IMG/VR virus record: IMGVR_UViG_3300027972_000015
Coordinates: 1 to 53,725 of that record
Reading direction: 5' to 3' (one strand)
DNA length: 53,725 nt
Origin: a virus
Lineage: Duplodnaviria > Caudoviricetes
Positions 36,875-45,864 of the stretch are shown here, one piece after another. The notes under the pieces were generated by a model. That model saw only the letters and a program-made list of their open reading frames with translations. It was not told the origin of the DNA and made no database searches. Each line of letters starts with the position of its first letter. Within the stretch, counting starts at the first letter, position 1. The translations under genes and the position numbers were made by a program.

Positions 36875-37350
36875 TGGCGACGAGCAAGGCGAAGTGCGCG
36901 GCGTGCGGGAAGCCGGCTCGGAACGAATGCCACACGGACACATCAGGGCGGCAACTCTGCGTGAACTGTTGGGCGCACGTCCCGATTAGAGAGGTGGCCA
37001 AGATGATCAGCGAACGAACCGCGGCGAAGCGCCCAGCGCGCAAGCCGGCAGCTCGACGGTGCACGTGCGGGCACGCCGAGTCTCGGCATGGAACGCAAGG
37101 ATGCTCGGTTTGGACGCCGAACGGACCGTGCATGTGCATGCTGTTCCTCCCGACGAGCCCGAGAAAGACCGCGCGCAAGCCGGCGGCGAGGAATCCGAGG
37201 TGGAGTAGCAACGGAGCGCTGCTGCTGTTCGACGGCGCGATCAAGCTGCTGTCGTACCACGAGGACAGCAAAGGCCACATGGACCCTGGCGCTGTCGTGC
37301 GCGCCCTCAATCGAGCCAACGTCGTGCTGCCGGGGAAGGTGCGGCGGTGA
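36874..37350 (+). CDS. Zinc-finger-rich protein (158 aa)
   Basis: CAAC, CVNC, CTCGH...H...C...CMC. Confidence 0.6.
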   Translation: MATSKAKCAACGKPARNECHTDTSGRQLCVNCWAHVPIREVAKMISERTAAKRPARKPAARRCTCGHAESRHGTQGCSVWTPNGPCMCMLFLPTSPRKTARKPAARNPRWSSNGALLLFDGAIKLLSYHEDSKGHMDPGAVVRALNRANVVLPGKVRR

Positions 37351-37571
37351 AGACGGTCCTGCTCCAGTGGTCCGGCAGCGAGGGCCGATGGTATTGGCGC
37401 TGGTACAGGCCAGAACCGCCATCGTACCTGCCAGGCCTTCGGCAGTGCCGGCGAAACCACTGCTCGATCTTGCCGTGCATGCGCGTCGTCACCGTCGAGT
37501 CCGCCAGAGAGGACTACGGGCTGCGGCTCGCGCCCGTCGATTGGACCGGTGTCCATGAGGTGCGGCGGTGA
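37347..37571 (+). CDS. Hypothetical protein (74 aa)
   Basis: GTGA overlaps. Confidence 0.45.
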   Translation: MKTVLLQWSGSEGRWYWRWYRPEPPSYLPGLRQCRRNHCSILPCMRVVTVESAREDYGLRLAPVDWTGVHEVRR

Positions 37572-37978
37572 AGAAACAACCAATCATGTGCGCCAACGCG
37601 GTACTGGCCTCCGACCGTCCCAAGACCCCGAGCGTCTGCCGAGAGTGCCGAGGTGTCGGCGGGCGCCACAAACTCGATTGTGAGACAGGGAAGAGGTCGC
37701 CGCGAGAGCAGGAGCCGGGGCCGGGGCTGGAACTTGCAGAGCGCAACCTGCGCGATGGATACGTGGTGGTCGAATCGCAGGCCAAGGCAATCGCCGACGA
37801 GCTCGACCGGCTCCGCGCCGAGCTGGCGAAGGCCCAGGCCAACTATCAGTTCATGGTCGACCGAGCATGCGACGAGCGCTTGGACGGATACCGCGAGTTG
37901 GCATCGAAACTATGCGCTGCCGAAGAGGACTGCGACCGGCTCCGCGCCCTGGTCCGTGAGCTTGGCGGCGAGCCGTGA
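37568..37978 (+). CDS. Coiled-coil hypothetical protein (136 aa)
   Basis: CREC..HKLDC; YQFMVDRACDERLDGYREL. Confidence 0.6.
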   Translation: MKKQPIMCANAVLASDRPKTPSVCRECRGVGGRHKLDCETGKRSPREQEPGPGLELAERNLRDGYVVVESQAKAIADELDRLRAELAKAQANYQFMVDRACDERLDGYRELASKLCAAEEDCDRLRALVRELGGEP

Positions 37979-38544
37979 CGCTGGTTCAGCTGCTCATGGC
38001 GAAGCTCGAAGCGCTACAGGCCGAGAACGCCGACCTGAGACGTCAGCTCGAAGAACACAAGACCGAGTCGGCCGCGCTCGATGTGGAGTTGTCAGAATCC
38101 GTGACCGACCTGAGACGTCAGCTCGCAGAGGCGCGCAAAGGCCGCTGCTACGACTGCGGTGGAGTCGGCTGCGACGGCTGCGACGGTACCGGCGACGCAG
38201 GAACGCAGACGCTGAAGCTCAAGAATCGCGTCCACGAGATTGAGGTGAAGCTCGAAGAGGCCGAGCGCGAGCGGGGGTATGCCAACGCCAAGCTCGAAGA
38301 GGCGCAACGTGAGTACGCTGCCGAGCATGCGGCTCTGGTCGCGCAGTCGGCCCACGCGTTTAGGGAACACGAGGAGGCCCGGGGCGAGGCGCAGCGGACG
38401 GTGTATGTCGCCGCTGACTCCGCAGGCGACGCCGTGAAGAGCGCTCCGTGGTGGCCCACCGAGGAGCTCGCAACTATGGTCAAGGGAGTCGTGGGAGAGC
38501 ACGTGTACGCCGTCACGCTGACGGCGCGGAGGGTGAAGCCGTGA
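37975..38544 (+). CDS. Coiled-coil protein with CxxCGGxGCxxCxGTG motif (189 aa)
   Basis: GTGA overlap; internal DLRRQL repeat. Confidence 0.6.
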   Translation: MTLVQLLMAKLEALQAENADLRRQLEEHKTESAALDVELSESVTDLRRQLAEARKGRCYDCGGVGCDGCDGTGDAGTQTLKLKNRVHEIEVKLEEAERERGYANAKLEEAQREYAAEHAALVAQSAHAFREHEEARGEAQRTVYVAADSAGDAVKSAPWWPTEELATMVKGVVGEHVYAVTLTARRVKP

Positions 38545-38626
38545 ACGACGACCGTGGCGGGCGGCTAACGAGCCTCTTGCGGTCAAGCGCGCCGCGTGCC
38601 ATCCTGGTGACAGCGCGTATGATAGC

Positions 38627-38936
38627 GACCGTGGACATAGCAAGTAACGGAGTCGGGCATGCCCGGCGGCTTGCTAGTACAGCGCCGATTTCTCGGCGTC
38701 GAGGCGTGGATGCCGGCTCAACCCTCTCTGCCATCCAACGTTCGCACGGTCCCGCGCTGACACAGCTCATCGGTAGCCGCTTCGGTGGCCCGACCAGGCG
38801 ACCCACCCCCTGCCTATGAGCAACTGACGCTAGGACCCTGGCGAAGACGGAGCCAGTACCCAGATCCGGAAGAGGGGAACTTGGCGTCTTCCACCAATCG
38901 CCCACGTTATGGGCAGGGTTGCGTTAGCGCGGTTTT
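38627..38936 (+). ncRNA. Candidate structured non-coding RNA (~310 nt)
   Basis: No credible ORF; TATGAT at 38618; nested stems with G-U pairs; C(TTCG)G tetraloop; last stem followed by TTTT. Confidence 0.5.
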
Positions 38937-39023
38937 GGTTGACTTGGCGGAGACGGCGTGCCAGGGTGTCAAGTAGAGGTTCACGCGCGCGGGCGTATGG
39001 GCCGAGAGCAAAGGTTTCGAATC

Positions 39024-39344
39024 ATGAGCAGCGAGAGCGACAAGGCGGCTCGAATTACAGCGAAGGGGCTTCGGATCATCGACCAGATGCTCGACGTCCT
39101 TGAGAAGGTTCCATACGACGATTGGTCGAAGACGCACGTGAGGGACGTCAGCGATTGCGTCATGGCGGCGGTGAAGGTGCAGGCTGAGGAGCGGGCGCAG
39201 CTCGAATTCGAAGAAGGCGCCAAGCTGTCCCCTGAGGACATCCGCGCGTTGCTCAAGGAATACCTAGCCGCTCTGCCACAGGCAGAATACGCGGCACTTG
39301 TCGCGGAGGCCCGCGCAGCGCAACCATCAGAGGTGCGCGCGTGA
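39024..39344 (+). CDS. Possible terminase small subunit (106 aa, helical)
   Basis: First gene of the late/packaging block; size and helical character only. Confidence 0.4.
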   Translation: MSSESDKAARITAKGLRIIDQMLDVLEKVPYDDWSKTHVRDVSDCVMAAVKVQAEERAQLEFEEGAKLSPEDIRALLKEYLAALPQAEYAALVAEARAAQPSEVRA

Positions 39345-39348
39345 CACG

Positions 39349-40071
39349 ATGCTGGTAGCGCTGCAGTACTGGCGAGGAGACGAGGCCGAGGCGCTGAGCC
39401 TGGCCCGGCTGATTGCCGATATCGAGCCGAAGGAACGAGAGGACGTCGTGCTGGTCCTGGCACGAGCGTTTGACTGTCCGTTGTCACCGGAAGCCGAGGC
39501 CACTCAAAAGCACTGCTCGGCGAAGCTGCGGACGATGCTCCTGCAGTCCCATGTGGAGCGCGTCGGCCACCCGTCGGGCTGCTACGGCGTTTGGGCTGGG
39601 ACGGTGGGCCGGCTCTATCAGCTCTGGTCGTCGGGCATGATCGACTCGCGCCACGACTCGGTGGCCACGTTTGAGGCGGACGGCTGCCCCGTTCGGTCCG
39701 ACTGGCTCGACCGGCTGCAGGCCGCTCACGGTCGCACGCTGACCCAGGGGCTACGCGTGACCGGCGCCGTGATGGACGAGCCCATCCCGCACGTCAACGG
39801 CAATCTTGTCATGCACCTGAGTGTCTGGGGCGACCGCCCGTCCCTGCGCGATTCCATCCATAACGTCGCGTGGGACATCCAGCATGCTCGCGTGCTGATT
39901 CCGCTCACGCGTCCGTGTGGCGTCATCCGCAATGAGTACGAGACGCGCGACTGGACCGAGGGCTGTCTCGCAGGCATTGCTCGCGAGGCCGCGTGGGTGC
40001 ACGGGTGCAAGGACGATTCGATTTTGCGCATCGTCAGAGGATGGATGCGCGGGAAGTGGAGGCGCGATTGA
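39349..40071 (+). CDS. Putative GT-A-like glycosyltransferase (240 aa)
   Basis: FEADGCP (ExD), HVNGNLV, AWD, C-terminal VHGCKD; coupled to the next GT gene. Confidence 0.55.
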   Translation: MLVALQYWRGDEAEALSLARLIADIEPKEREDVVLVLARAFDCPLSPEAEATQKHCSAKLRTMLLQSHVERVGHPSGCYGVWAGTVGRLYQLWSSGMIDSRHDSVATFEADGCPVRSDWLDRLQAAHGRTLTQGLRVTGAVMDEPIPHVNGNLVMHLSVWGDRPSLRDSIHNVAWDIQHARVLIPLTRPCGVIRNEYETRDWTEGCLAGIAREAAWVHGCKDDSILRIVRGWMRGKWRRD

Positions 40072-42152
40072 TCTCCGACCTGTTCCTGCGCACCTACCGC
40101 GGCGACTACCAGTGGCTGCCGTACCTGTTCCGCTCGCTGAATCGACACGCCAGCGGCTGGCGGAAGTTGATCGTGGTCGTGCCCGTCGGGCAGGAGGCGG
40201 ACTTCCCCGTGCTGCCCGAGCTGGACGCGCCCGAATTCTGCGAGGCGGTCGAGTTCGCGACCTGCCCAGTCTACGCGAACGACTACATCGGCCAGCAGAT
40301 CACCAAGCTGCGCGCGTGGGAGCTGAGCGACGCAGACGCCATCGGCTACCTCGACTCAGACATGGTCTTCACGCGTCCATTCGATGCCAGGGCGCTGCCG
40401 ACCTCGGGCATGGGCGCTCACCCCGACGGCGTCGGCGCAAGGCCTTGGAGCGAAGCTGGTGAGGCCAAGGATGCATGGTATGAGTCGACCCGCGACCTGC
40501 TGGGATTTGAGCCGACACACGAGACGATGTGCCGGCATCCGTTCGTCTACCGCCGAGAGACCATCCAGGGATGCTACGAGCACGTAGTCGGCGAGGATGG
40601 CCTGCTCGAATACGGCCGTTGCTTCTCCGAGTTCAACTTGCTTGGGAACTACGCCATACACAATGGCGCCGCGACATACACCCCGGCCGGGCCCGAGCTG
40701 CAGCGCCAGTTCCGCAGCTACGATGGCCTGACCGTGGATACGTTGCAGTGGCTGGCTGTCAACGGCTACGACTCGCACGTGCCAGCCGAGAAGCTCGACG
40801 GGCAAGGGGGCATCTGGACGATCGCGGCCGACTCCACCGTCAGCCGTTGGGACCGCGAGACCGGGCGCTTGGACCACGACCAGAACGCATTGCCTCGCAT
40901 CCTGGACGCGTTCCGTGGCCGGCCGGTGGTCTGGGACGTCGGCGCCCTCATCGGCGACCACTCGCGATCGTACGCAGACGCGGGCCACCGCGTGGTTGCC
41001 ATCGAGCCGCAGCCAATGGCGTTTGAGTGCTTGGCGCGCAACTTCGCCGGCAACGACCGCGTCACATGCCTGCATCTAGCCGCCGGTGCCAGCGAGCAAG
41101 TGACGCTCGCCTCTCCCGACGAACAGAACGCGGGTGCGCGGTTCCTCACGCAGGTCGCCGGCGGGCACGAGACGGTGCTGCTGGACGACCTGACCCGCGT
41201 CTACTCGGCGCCCGACGCGATCAAGCTCGACGTCGAGGGGTGGGAGGTCAAGGCCCTGCGCGGAGCATCGGCCATCCTGGCGAGCGTCCGCCCGGTCATG
41301 GTGATCGAGGTCAACCGCGGGGCGCTGGTCCGCGCTGGCGACTCGCCCGAAGCTTTGCACGAGCTGCTGACCTGGTGCGGGTACCGCATGCGCGACCTGT
41401 ACACCAACGAGCCGTGGCTGGCCGGGGACACGCGCGAGCAGTTCGATATCGTGGCCAAGCCGATTCGCCACGTCGGCGGTAACGGCAGCAAGCCCAAGCT
41501 GCGCATCCTGCACAACCTAGCCCGTTCGGGCGGCACCATCGTGTCCCGCTGTCTGGCGTGTATGGACGGCGTCGCGCTGCTGTCCGAGGTCCACCCGACG
41601 TTCTGGCAAGGCTGGAACGACCCTGTCTTGCAGGCGCGGAAGTGGTACGGCGTCCATGTCCCCGACGATCTGGACTTCGTCGACACGATCGCCGCGCTGG
41701 AGGAAGCGTTCCGGGCCCGCGGGCAGATGCTGGTGCTGCGCTCGTGGGACTTCGTCGACTTCATCCCGAGTTCGAAGAACCGAAAGCCGGCCGGGCGGTC
41801 GCAGCTGACCGAGTCGTTGCGGGAACGGTTTGAGCTGGTGGAGTCGGCGCTCCTGCGCGGGGCAACCGAGGCGCATGCATCGGTAGAGCGATTCCTTGGC
41901 GAACGCGTCGATCAGGCCGCGTTTGTCGAGGGCGCGTGGGCGTTCTCGTCGCAGCCGTGGTCCGCCGTTGATTACGAGGTGCTGTGCCACGACCCACAGG
42001 TATTCATGGCTGAGTTGTGCCGACAGCTTGATCTGCCGCTCGACCCGGCATGGGCCACCAAGTGGCAGTCCTACGTCAACGTCACCGGCGACGTTGCAAA
42101 CCAACTCGAACGGGTCCACATTGGAAGAAAGGAAACACCGCATGCCGAGTGA
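40068..42152 (+). CDS. Fusion: glycosyltransferase (DUF6492-like) + FkbM methyltransferase + sulfotransferase (694 aa)
   Basis: YIGQQITKL, YLDSD, FSEFNLLG; DVGALIGDHS, AIEP, IKLDVEGWE, VIEV; HNLARSGGT, LLSEVHP, YEVLCHDP; GGAGG RBS with TTG start. Confidence 0.82.
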   Translation: MISDLFLRTYRGDYQWLPYLFRSLNRHASGWRKLIVVVPVGQEADFPVLPELDAPEFCEAVEFATCPVYANDYIGQQITKLRAWELSDADAIGYLDSDMVFTRPFDARALPTSGMGAHPDGVGARPWSEAGEAKDAWYESTRDLLGFEPTHETMCRHPFVYRRETIQGCYEHVVGEDGLLEYGRCFSEFNLLGNYAIHNGAATYTPAGPELQRQFRSYDGLTVDTLQWLAVNGYDSHVPAEKLDGQGGIWTIAADSTVSRWDRETGRLDHDQNALPRILDAFRGRPVVWDVGALIGDHSRSYADAGHRVVAIEPQPMAFECLARNFAGNDRVTCLHLAAGASEQVTLASPDEQNAGARFLTQVAGGHETVLLDDLTRVYSAPDAIKLDVEGWEVKALRGASAILASVRPVMVIEVNRGALVRAGDSPEALHELLTWCGYRMRDLYTNEPWLAGDTREQFDIVAKPIRHVGGNGSKPKLRILHNLARSGGTIVSRCLACMDGVALLSEVHPTFWQGWNDPVLQARKWYGVHVPDDLDFVDTIAALEEAFRARGQMLVLRSWDFVDFIPSSKNRKPAGRSQLTESLRERFELVESALLRGATEAHASVERFLGERVDQAAFVEGAWAFSSQPWSAVDYEVLCHDPQVFMAELCRQLDLPLDPAWATKWQSYVNVTGDVANQLERVHIGRKETPHAE

Positions 42153-42363
42153 TGACCGCAGCCGACCAACCAGCGACGAGTACCGCGACGGGTGGGAGCG
42201 GACGTTTGGGCGACCGGGCCGAAGGCTTGGCAAGCACTGGCTCGATGGCAGGTGCGAGTCGTGCGGGCACAAGCACAGCGGCAAATGCGGTGAGCCCGTG
42301 GGCGACGGCTGCGACGACGACGACCGCCCGATCTGGAAGACGTGCGATTGCGAGGGCAAATGA
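42142..42363 (+). CDS. Small protein with SRPTSDEYRDGW motif and Cys-rich tail (73 aa)
   Basis: AAGGA RBS; motif shared with 48071-48301. Confidence 0.55.
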   Translation: MPSDDRSRPTSDEYRDGWERTFGRPGRRLGKHWLDGRCESCGHKHSGKCGEPVGDGCDDDDRPIWKTCDCEGK

Positions 42364-42782
42364 AAGTCGCACACATCGACTGCAAGACCTGCGGCGGCAA
42401 GGTCAAGATCGTCCGCAAGAAGTGCGCCGAGATTCCCGGGCACGTCGAGATGATCGCCAACTGTCACGGGATGTGGCACGTTGACATCGTGTCTAAGAAG
42501 GCCACCGCTCCTCGACTTGTTCCGTTCTTCCGCATGGCCGAGCGGATGCCGAAGGACATGGCCGAGGCAAGGCGCGTCTATGGGCCACCGCCCGGCAAGC
42601 CTGGTTCGCAAATCGTTTCTGTGGAGGTCCGCCACTCAAGCGATCTGGAATGGGTCGTAGACGAACTAGATCGGGACGGAGGCTGGATTGCCCAGCAGGT
42701 GTTCACCGACGAGCAGAAGGCAGAGTCGTGCGCAAGCCAGCGCCGCCAGGACATCCTCACGCTCAAAGTGTGGGAGTCATGA
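42360..42782 (+). CDS. Hypothetical protein (140 aa; CKTC, CHG)
   Basis: ATGA overlaps. Confidence 0.55.
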   Translation: MKVAHIDCKTCGGKVKIVRKKCAEIPGHVEMIANCHGMWHVDIVSKKATAPRLVPFFRMAERMPKDMAEARRVYGPPPGKPGSQIVSVEVRHSSDLEWVVDELDRDGGWIAQQVFTDEQKAESCASQRRQDILTLKVWES

Positions 42783-43210
42783 GCGACTTCGCCATCCGCG
42801 CCGCGACCCGCGCCGACGAGCCATTCATCTACAAGGCCTGGCTTCGCGGGTACTGGGACCACTTCCCGGCGCGAGCGATCGTGTCTGAGTCCGAGTTCTT
42901 CGAGCGCTGGCACCGCGTGATCGAGCGCATCTTGGCCGACAAGCGGACAATCACGGTCGTCGCGCACGTCGAGGGCGAACCGGATTCGTTGCTTGGGTTC
43001 GCGTGCGCGAACAGCGACTGCGTCCACTGGGCATACGTAAAGCAGGCTTTTCGCAAGCTCGGCATTGCCCACGCTATGCTGAATCGCATCGTGTTCAAGG
43101 GTTCACGCGGGCGAGAGACTCCGTGCGGGTGGCCCGCGATCAGCCACTGGCCCGGCCCCGTCGATGGCTGGACGTACGCGCCGCAACTACTGAGGGAGTA
43201 CGCAGAATGA
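42779..43210 (+). CDS. GNAT-family acetyltransferase (143 aa)
   Basis: IRAATRAD, LLGFA, HWAYVKQAFRKLGIAHAML (motif A). Confidence 0.8.
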   Translation: MSDFAIRAATRADEPFIYKAWLRGYWDHFPARAIVSESEFFERWHRVIERILADKRTITVVAHVEGEPDSLLGFACANSDCVHWAYVKQAFRKLGIAHAMLNRIVFKGSRGRETPCGWPAISHWPGPVDGWTYAPQLLREYAE

Positions 43211-43443
43211 TCTTCGAGGGAGAAATCGACAGCGTCGACGGAATCGCGGTCAAGCGCAGCGAGATCGATATCGCGAGGTATGGGGAACAGGAGCCTGAGT
43301 TTAAGGCCGCCTGGGCCATCCGCGCATTCAAGCCTGGTCCAGAGCATTGGGTTGGAATCCAAGCCATGGTCGAGTTGGCCGACGACTTCCCGGCTTTCAG
43401 GCCTGGAGACCACATCCGCATCACGGTGGAGAAGATCCCATGA
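43207..43443 (+). CDS. Hypothetical protein (78 aa)
   Basis: ATGA overlaps. Confidence 0.5.
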   Translation: MIFEGEIDSVDGIAVKRSEIDIARYGEQEPEFKAAWAIRAFKPGPEHWVGIQAMVELADDFPAFRPGDHIRITVEKIP

Positions 43444-43742
43444 GGCACCCGGGACCGTGGAAGGATGCCGATTCGTTCAGCAGCGACAAGATCGTGGACG
43501 CCAACGGGGACATGGTCATCGAATCGATGAGCGGCTACGAGGACTCAAGCCTAAACTTTGGCAGCGATGAAGCCGCGCGCCTCGTTCTCGCCGCGCCCGA
43601 GCTGCTGGCCGCGCTGAGGTTGGCGCGTGCTGCCTTGGACCGCGCCCAGGTACTTTGGACCGGCGAAAAGGGGAGAGAAGCGCGCAACGCATGGGAAACC
43701 GCACACGCACTCATCTACCGCATCGAGAAAGGCGAAACATGA
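43440..43742 (+). CDS. Conserved phage protein (HPGPW...ARLVLAAPELL, 100 aa)
   Basis: Recurrent phage motif. Confidence 0.7.
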   Translation: MRHPGPWKDADSFSSDKIVDANGDMVIESMSGYEDSSLNFGSDEAARLVLAAPELLAALRLARAALDRAQVLWTGEKGREARNAWETAHALIYRIEKGET

Positions 43743-44092
43743 ACATCAAGTCGGTCCGATTCCCGTCGCCCGTCGCCGTCGTGAAGGGAGAACTCCACAC
43801 CGAGTGGATGCCAGGCAAGCGCGGAGTGCGGGAGATTCATGTCTGGAGCGACACCACATTGCTATTCGTGATGGACGGCGTAGGCAACCTGCTCGCGCAG
43901 ATTCTGCCAGGCACGGTGATCGCCGTCGACATGCCGGACACGACTGGGCAAACGTTCGTGGAAGCCAAGGTGACAGCCACGCCATTGCCACCGCCGGCAG
44001 ATAAGGCACCCGATGGACACGCAAGCAGCACGCCTAGCAAGGACCCTCCGCCAGCTCGCCCAATCCCGAAGAGCGGCCGAGTTCAGCGCTGA
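43739..44092 (+). CDS. Hypothetical protein (117 aa)
   Basis: ATGA overlap; Pro-rich tail overlaps TerL start. Confidence 0.5.
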   Translation: MNIKSVRFPSPVAVVKGELHTEWMPGKRGVREIHVWSDTTLLFVMDGVGNLLAQILPGTVIAVDMPDTTGQTFVEAKVTATPLPPPADKAPDGHASSTPSKDPPPARPIPKSGRVQR

Positions 44093-45506
44093 GGCTTGCT
44101 GCTTCCTAGAGCAGCTTGCGGCGTGCCGTAGCCCACGGAAGCGCAAGGTTTTGCGCTGCGGTCGTCGTGCGGGCAAGACGCGGCTGATTGCGATCGCGCT
44201 GCTTGAAGCCGCCTTGCAGCTCCCGGCGGTGCCGGTTCTTTACGTCACGTTGACCAGGGGGAACGCGAAGGAAATCCTCTGGGACGAGTTGCTGTCAGTC
44301 CACGACGAATACAAGCTAGGATTCAGGGTCCGCGAGGGCGCGCTTGAATTGATCAGCCCGCTGGGCATCAAGATCCAGCTTCGCGGCGCCCACACGAAGC
44401 GGGAGATCGCCAAGTACCGCGGGAAGAAGTTCAAGCTGGTCATCCTTGACGAGGCGCAGTCGTTCCCCAACAGCGTGCTTGAACCGCTGGTCCGGGATGT
44501 CATCATGCCGACCCTGCTCGACTACGAGGGCACGCTATGGCTTGCTGGCACGCGCCCACCACTGCGGAAGGGATACTTCTGGGAGTGCTTCGACGGCAAG
44601 CTAAAGGACAGATACGAGCTGCACTCGTGGACGGTCAAGGAGAACACGAAGCTTCCAGCCAGGGCGGCCGGCAAATCGATAGAGGACATCCTCGCCGAGT
44701 TTCGCAAGGACAACGGCTGGACGGAGTCGGACAAGACATACCGCCGCGAGATTCTCGATCAGGATGTCGAAGATCGCGAAGCGCTGCTCTATGAGTACCT
44801 CGACACACGCAACGGGTACACGCAGCTCCCCCAGTCGCCAGCGTGGCACTACGCTTTGGCGTGGGACCTTGGCATAGGCGGCGACGAGGAGAAGCCGGAG
44901 CAAGAGGGCGGCACCATGTACCTCTGCATTTTGGGCTGGCCCGAGCACGATCGGCGCGTGTTCCTGGTCGACGAATGGAGCGGCAACAAGAGCGGAGACG
45001 CTAAGAGCGACATCACGGACACGGCGGCTGAGGCCCACAGGCTGATCGAGAAGTATCGGCCAGAGCGCTACGTGCTCGACTACGGGGGCCTAGGCAAGCT
45101 CATCGCCGCAGAGATTCGGCAGCGGCATCATATCCCGGTCAAGGCGGCCGAGAAGAGCCAGAAGGGCGCCTTCATCGCGCTGTTCAACACGGCCATGCGC
45201 AAGGGCGAGTTTTTCGCGCGAGCCGACTCGGTGTTTGCGCAGGAGTGCGCGTTGGTGAAAAAGGACTTCGAAGCGCTGGCCAACGGCGGGAAGCTCCAGG
45301 AGCTCCCTCCGCGCAAGGGCGGGTTCCACGGCAACGCAACCGACGGCGTGCTCTACGGCTGGCGCGAGTGCCGGGCGTGGATGGAGCAGCTGCCGCCCGA
45401 ACGCCCGGAGGGCTACCGCGAGCCCACCGAGACGATGAAGCGCGCCCTGGCCGAGCAGAAGCGAGCGAATGGCAAAGACCCGCTTGACCTGCTCATGGGG
45501 TTCTGA
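44013..45506 (+). CDS. terL: Terminase large subunit (497 aa)
   Basis: Walker A CGRRAGKT, Walker B LVILDEAQ, LAGT, YRREIL, nuclease AWDLG, DYGGLG, HGNATDGVLY. Confidence 0.92.
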   Translation: MDTQAARLARTLRQLAQSRRAAEFSAEACCFLEQLAACRSPRKRKVLRCGRRAGKTRLIAIALLEAALQLPAVPVLYVTLTRGNAKEILWDELLSVHDEYKLGFRVREGALELISPLGIKIQLRGAHTKREIAKYRGKKFKLVILDEAQSFPNSVLEPLVRDVIMPTLLDYEGTLWLAGTRPPLRKGYFWECFDGKLKDRYELHSWTVKENTKLPARAAGKSIEDILAEFRKDNGWTESDKTYRREILDQDVEDREALLYEYLDTRNGYTQLPQSPAWHYALAWDLGIGGDEEKPEQEGGTMYLCILGWPEHDRRVFLVDEWSGNKSGDAKSDITDTAAEAHRLIEKYRPERYVLDYGGLGKLIAAEIRQRHHIPVKAAEKSQKGAFIALFNTAMRKGEFFARADSVFAQECALVKKDFEALANGGKLQELPPRKGGFHGNATDGVLYGWRECRAWMEQLPPERPEGYREPTETMKRALAEQKRANGKDPLDLLMGF

Positions 45507-45512
45507 CGGACA

Positions 45513-45573
45513 TTTCTGTCACGACAGAAACACCAGGCTTGACGGTGCTTTCGGTTCGTGCCATGTATAGAGT
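45513..45573 (+). promoter_or_regulatory. Palindrome plus late promoter candidate
   Basis: TTTCTGTC-AC-GACAGAAA (45513-30); TTGACG(45539)-17 nt-(TGC)CATGTA-6 nt-ATG. Confidence 0.5.
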
Positions 45574-45864
45574 ATGCGGACCGGTCAACTGCGGAGCCTC
45601 CTCAAGGAGCTGCGGGCCGGTGGCGTGTCCGAGTACTCCTCGACGAAGCGCGGCGAGACGGTAACGCTCAAGCTTGCCGGCCCGTTCGTGCCGTCGGTTT
45701 CAGCCTCGGCGAAGAGGGCTCCCGCAAAGGCCGCCGCGCCCTTCCCGCCGATTTCCAGCGAGCTGCGCAAGCAGCTGGAGAACTTGGGCGTAGACGCTGA
45801 TCAGGCCCACGAGGTCCTGCGCGATGTCGGCATTGCCGCTGGGGTAGCCGATGGCCTCGACTAG
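45574..45864 (+). CDS. Hypothetical protein (96 aa)
   Basis: LRSLLKELRAGGVSEY helix-strand; between TerL and portal. Confidence 0.6.
   Translation: MRTGQLRSLLKELRAGGVSEYSSTKRGETVTLKLAGPFVPSVSASAKRAPAKAAAPFPPISSELRKQLENLGVDADQAHEVLRDVGIAAGVADGLD

Noticed and set aside
38860-38880. SRP RNA-like CAGATCCGGAAG
   Set aside because: The 3' half of the SRP motif (GAAGCAG) is absent
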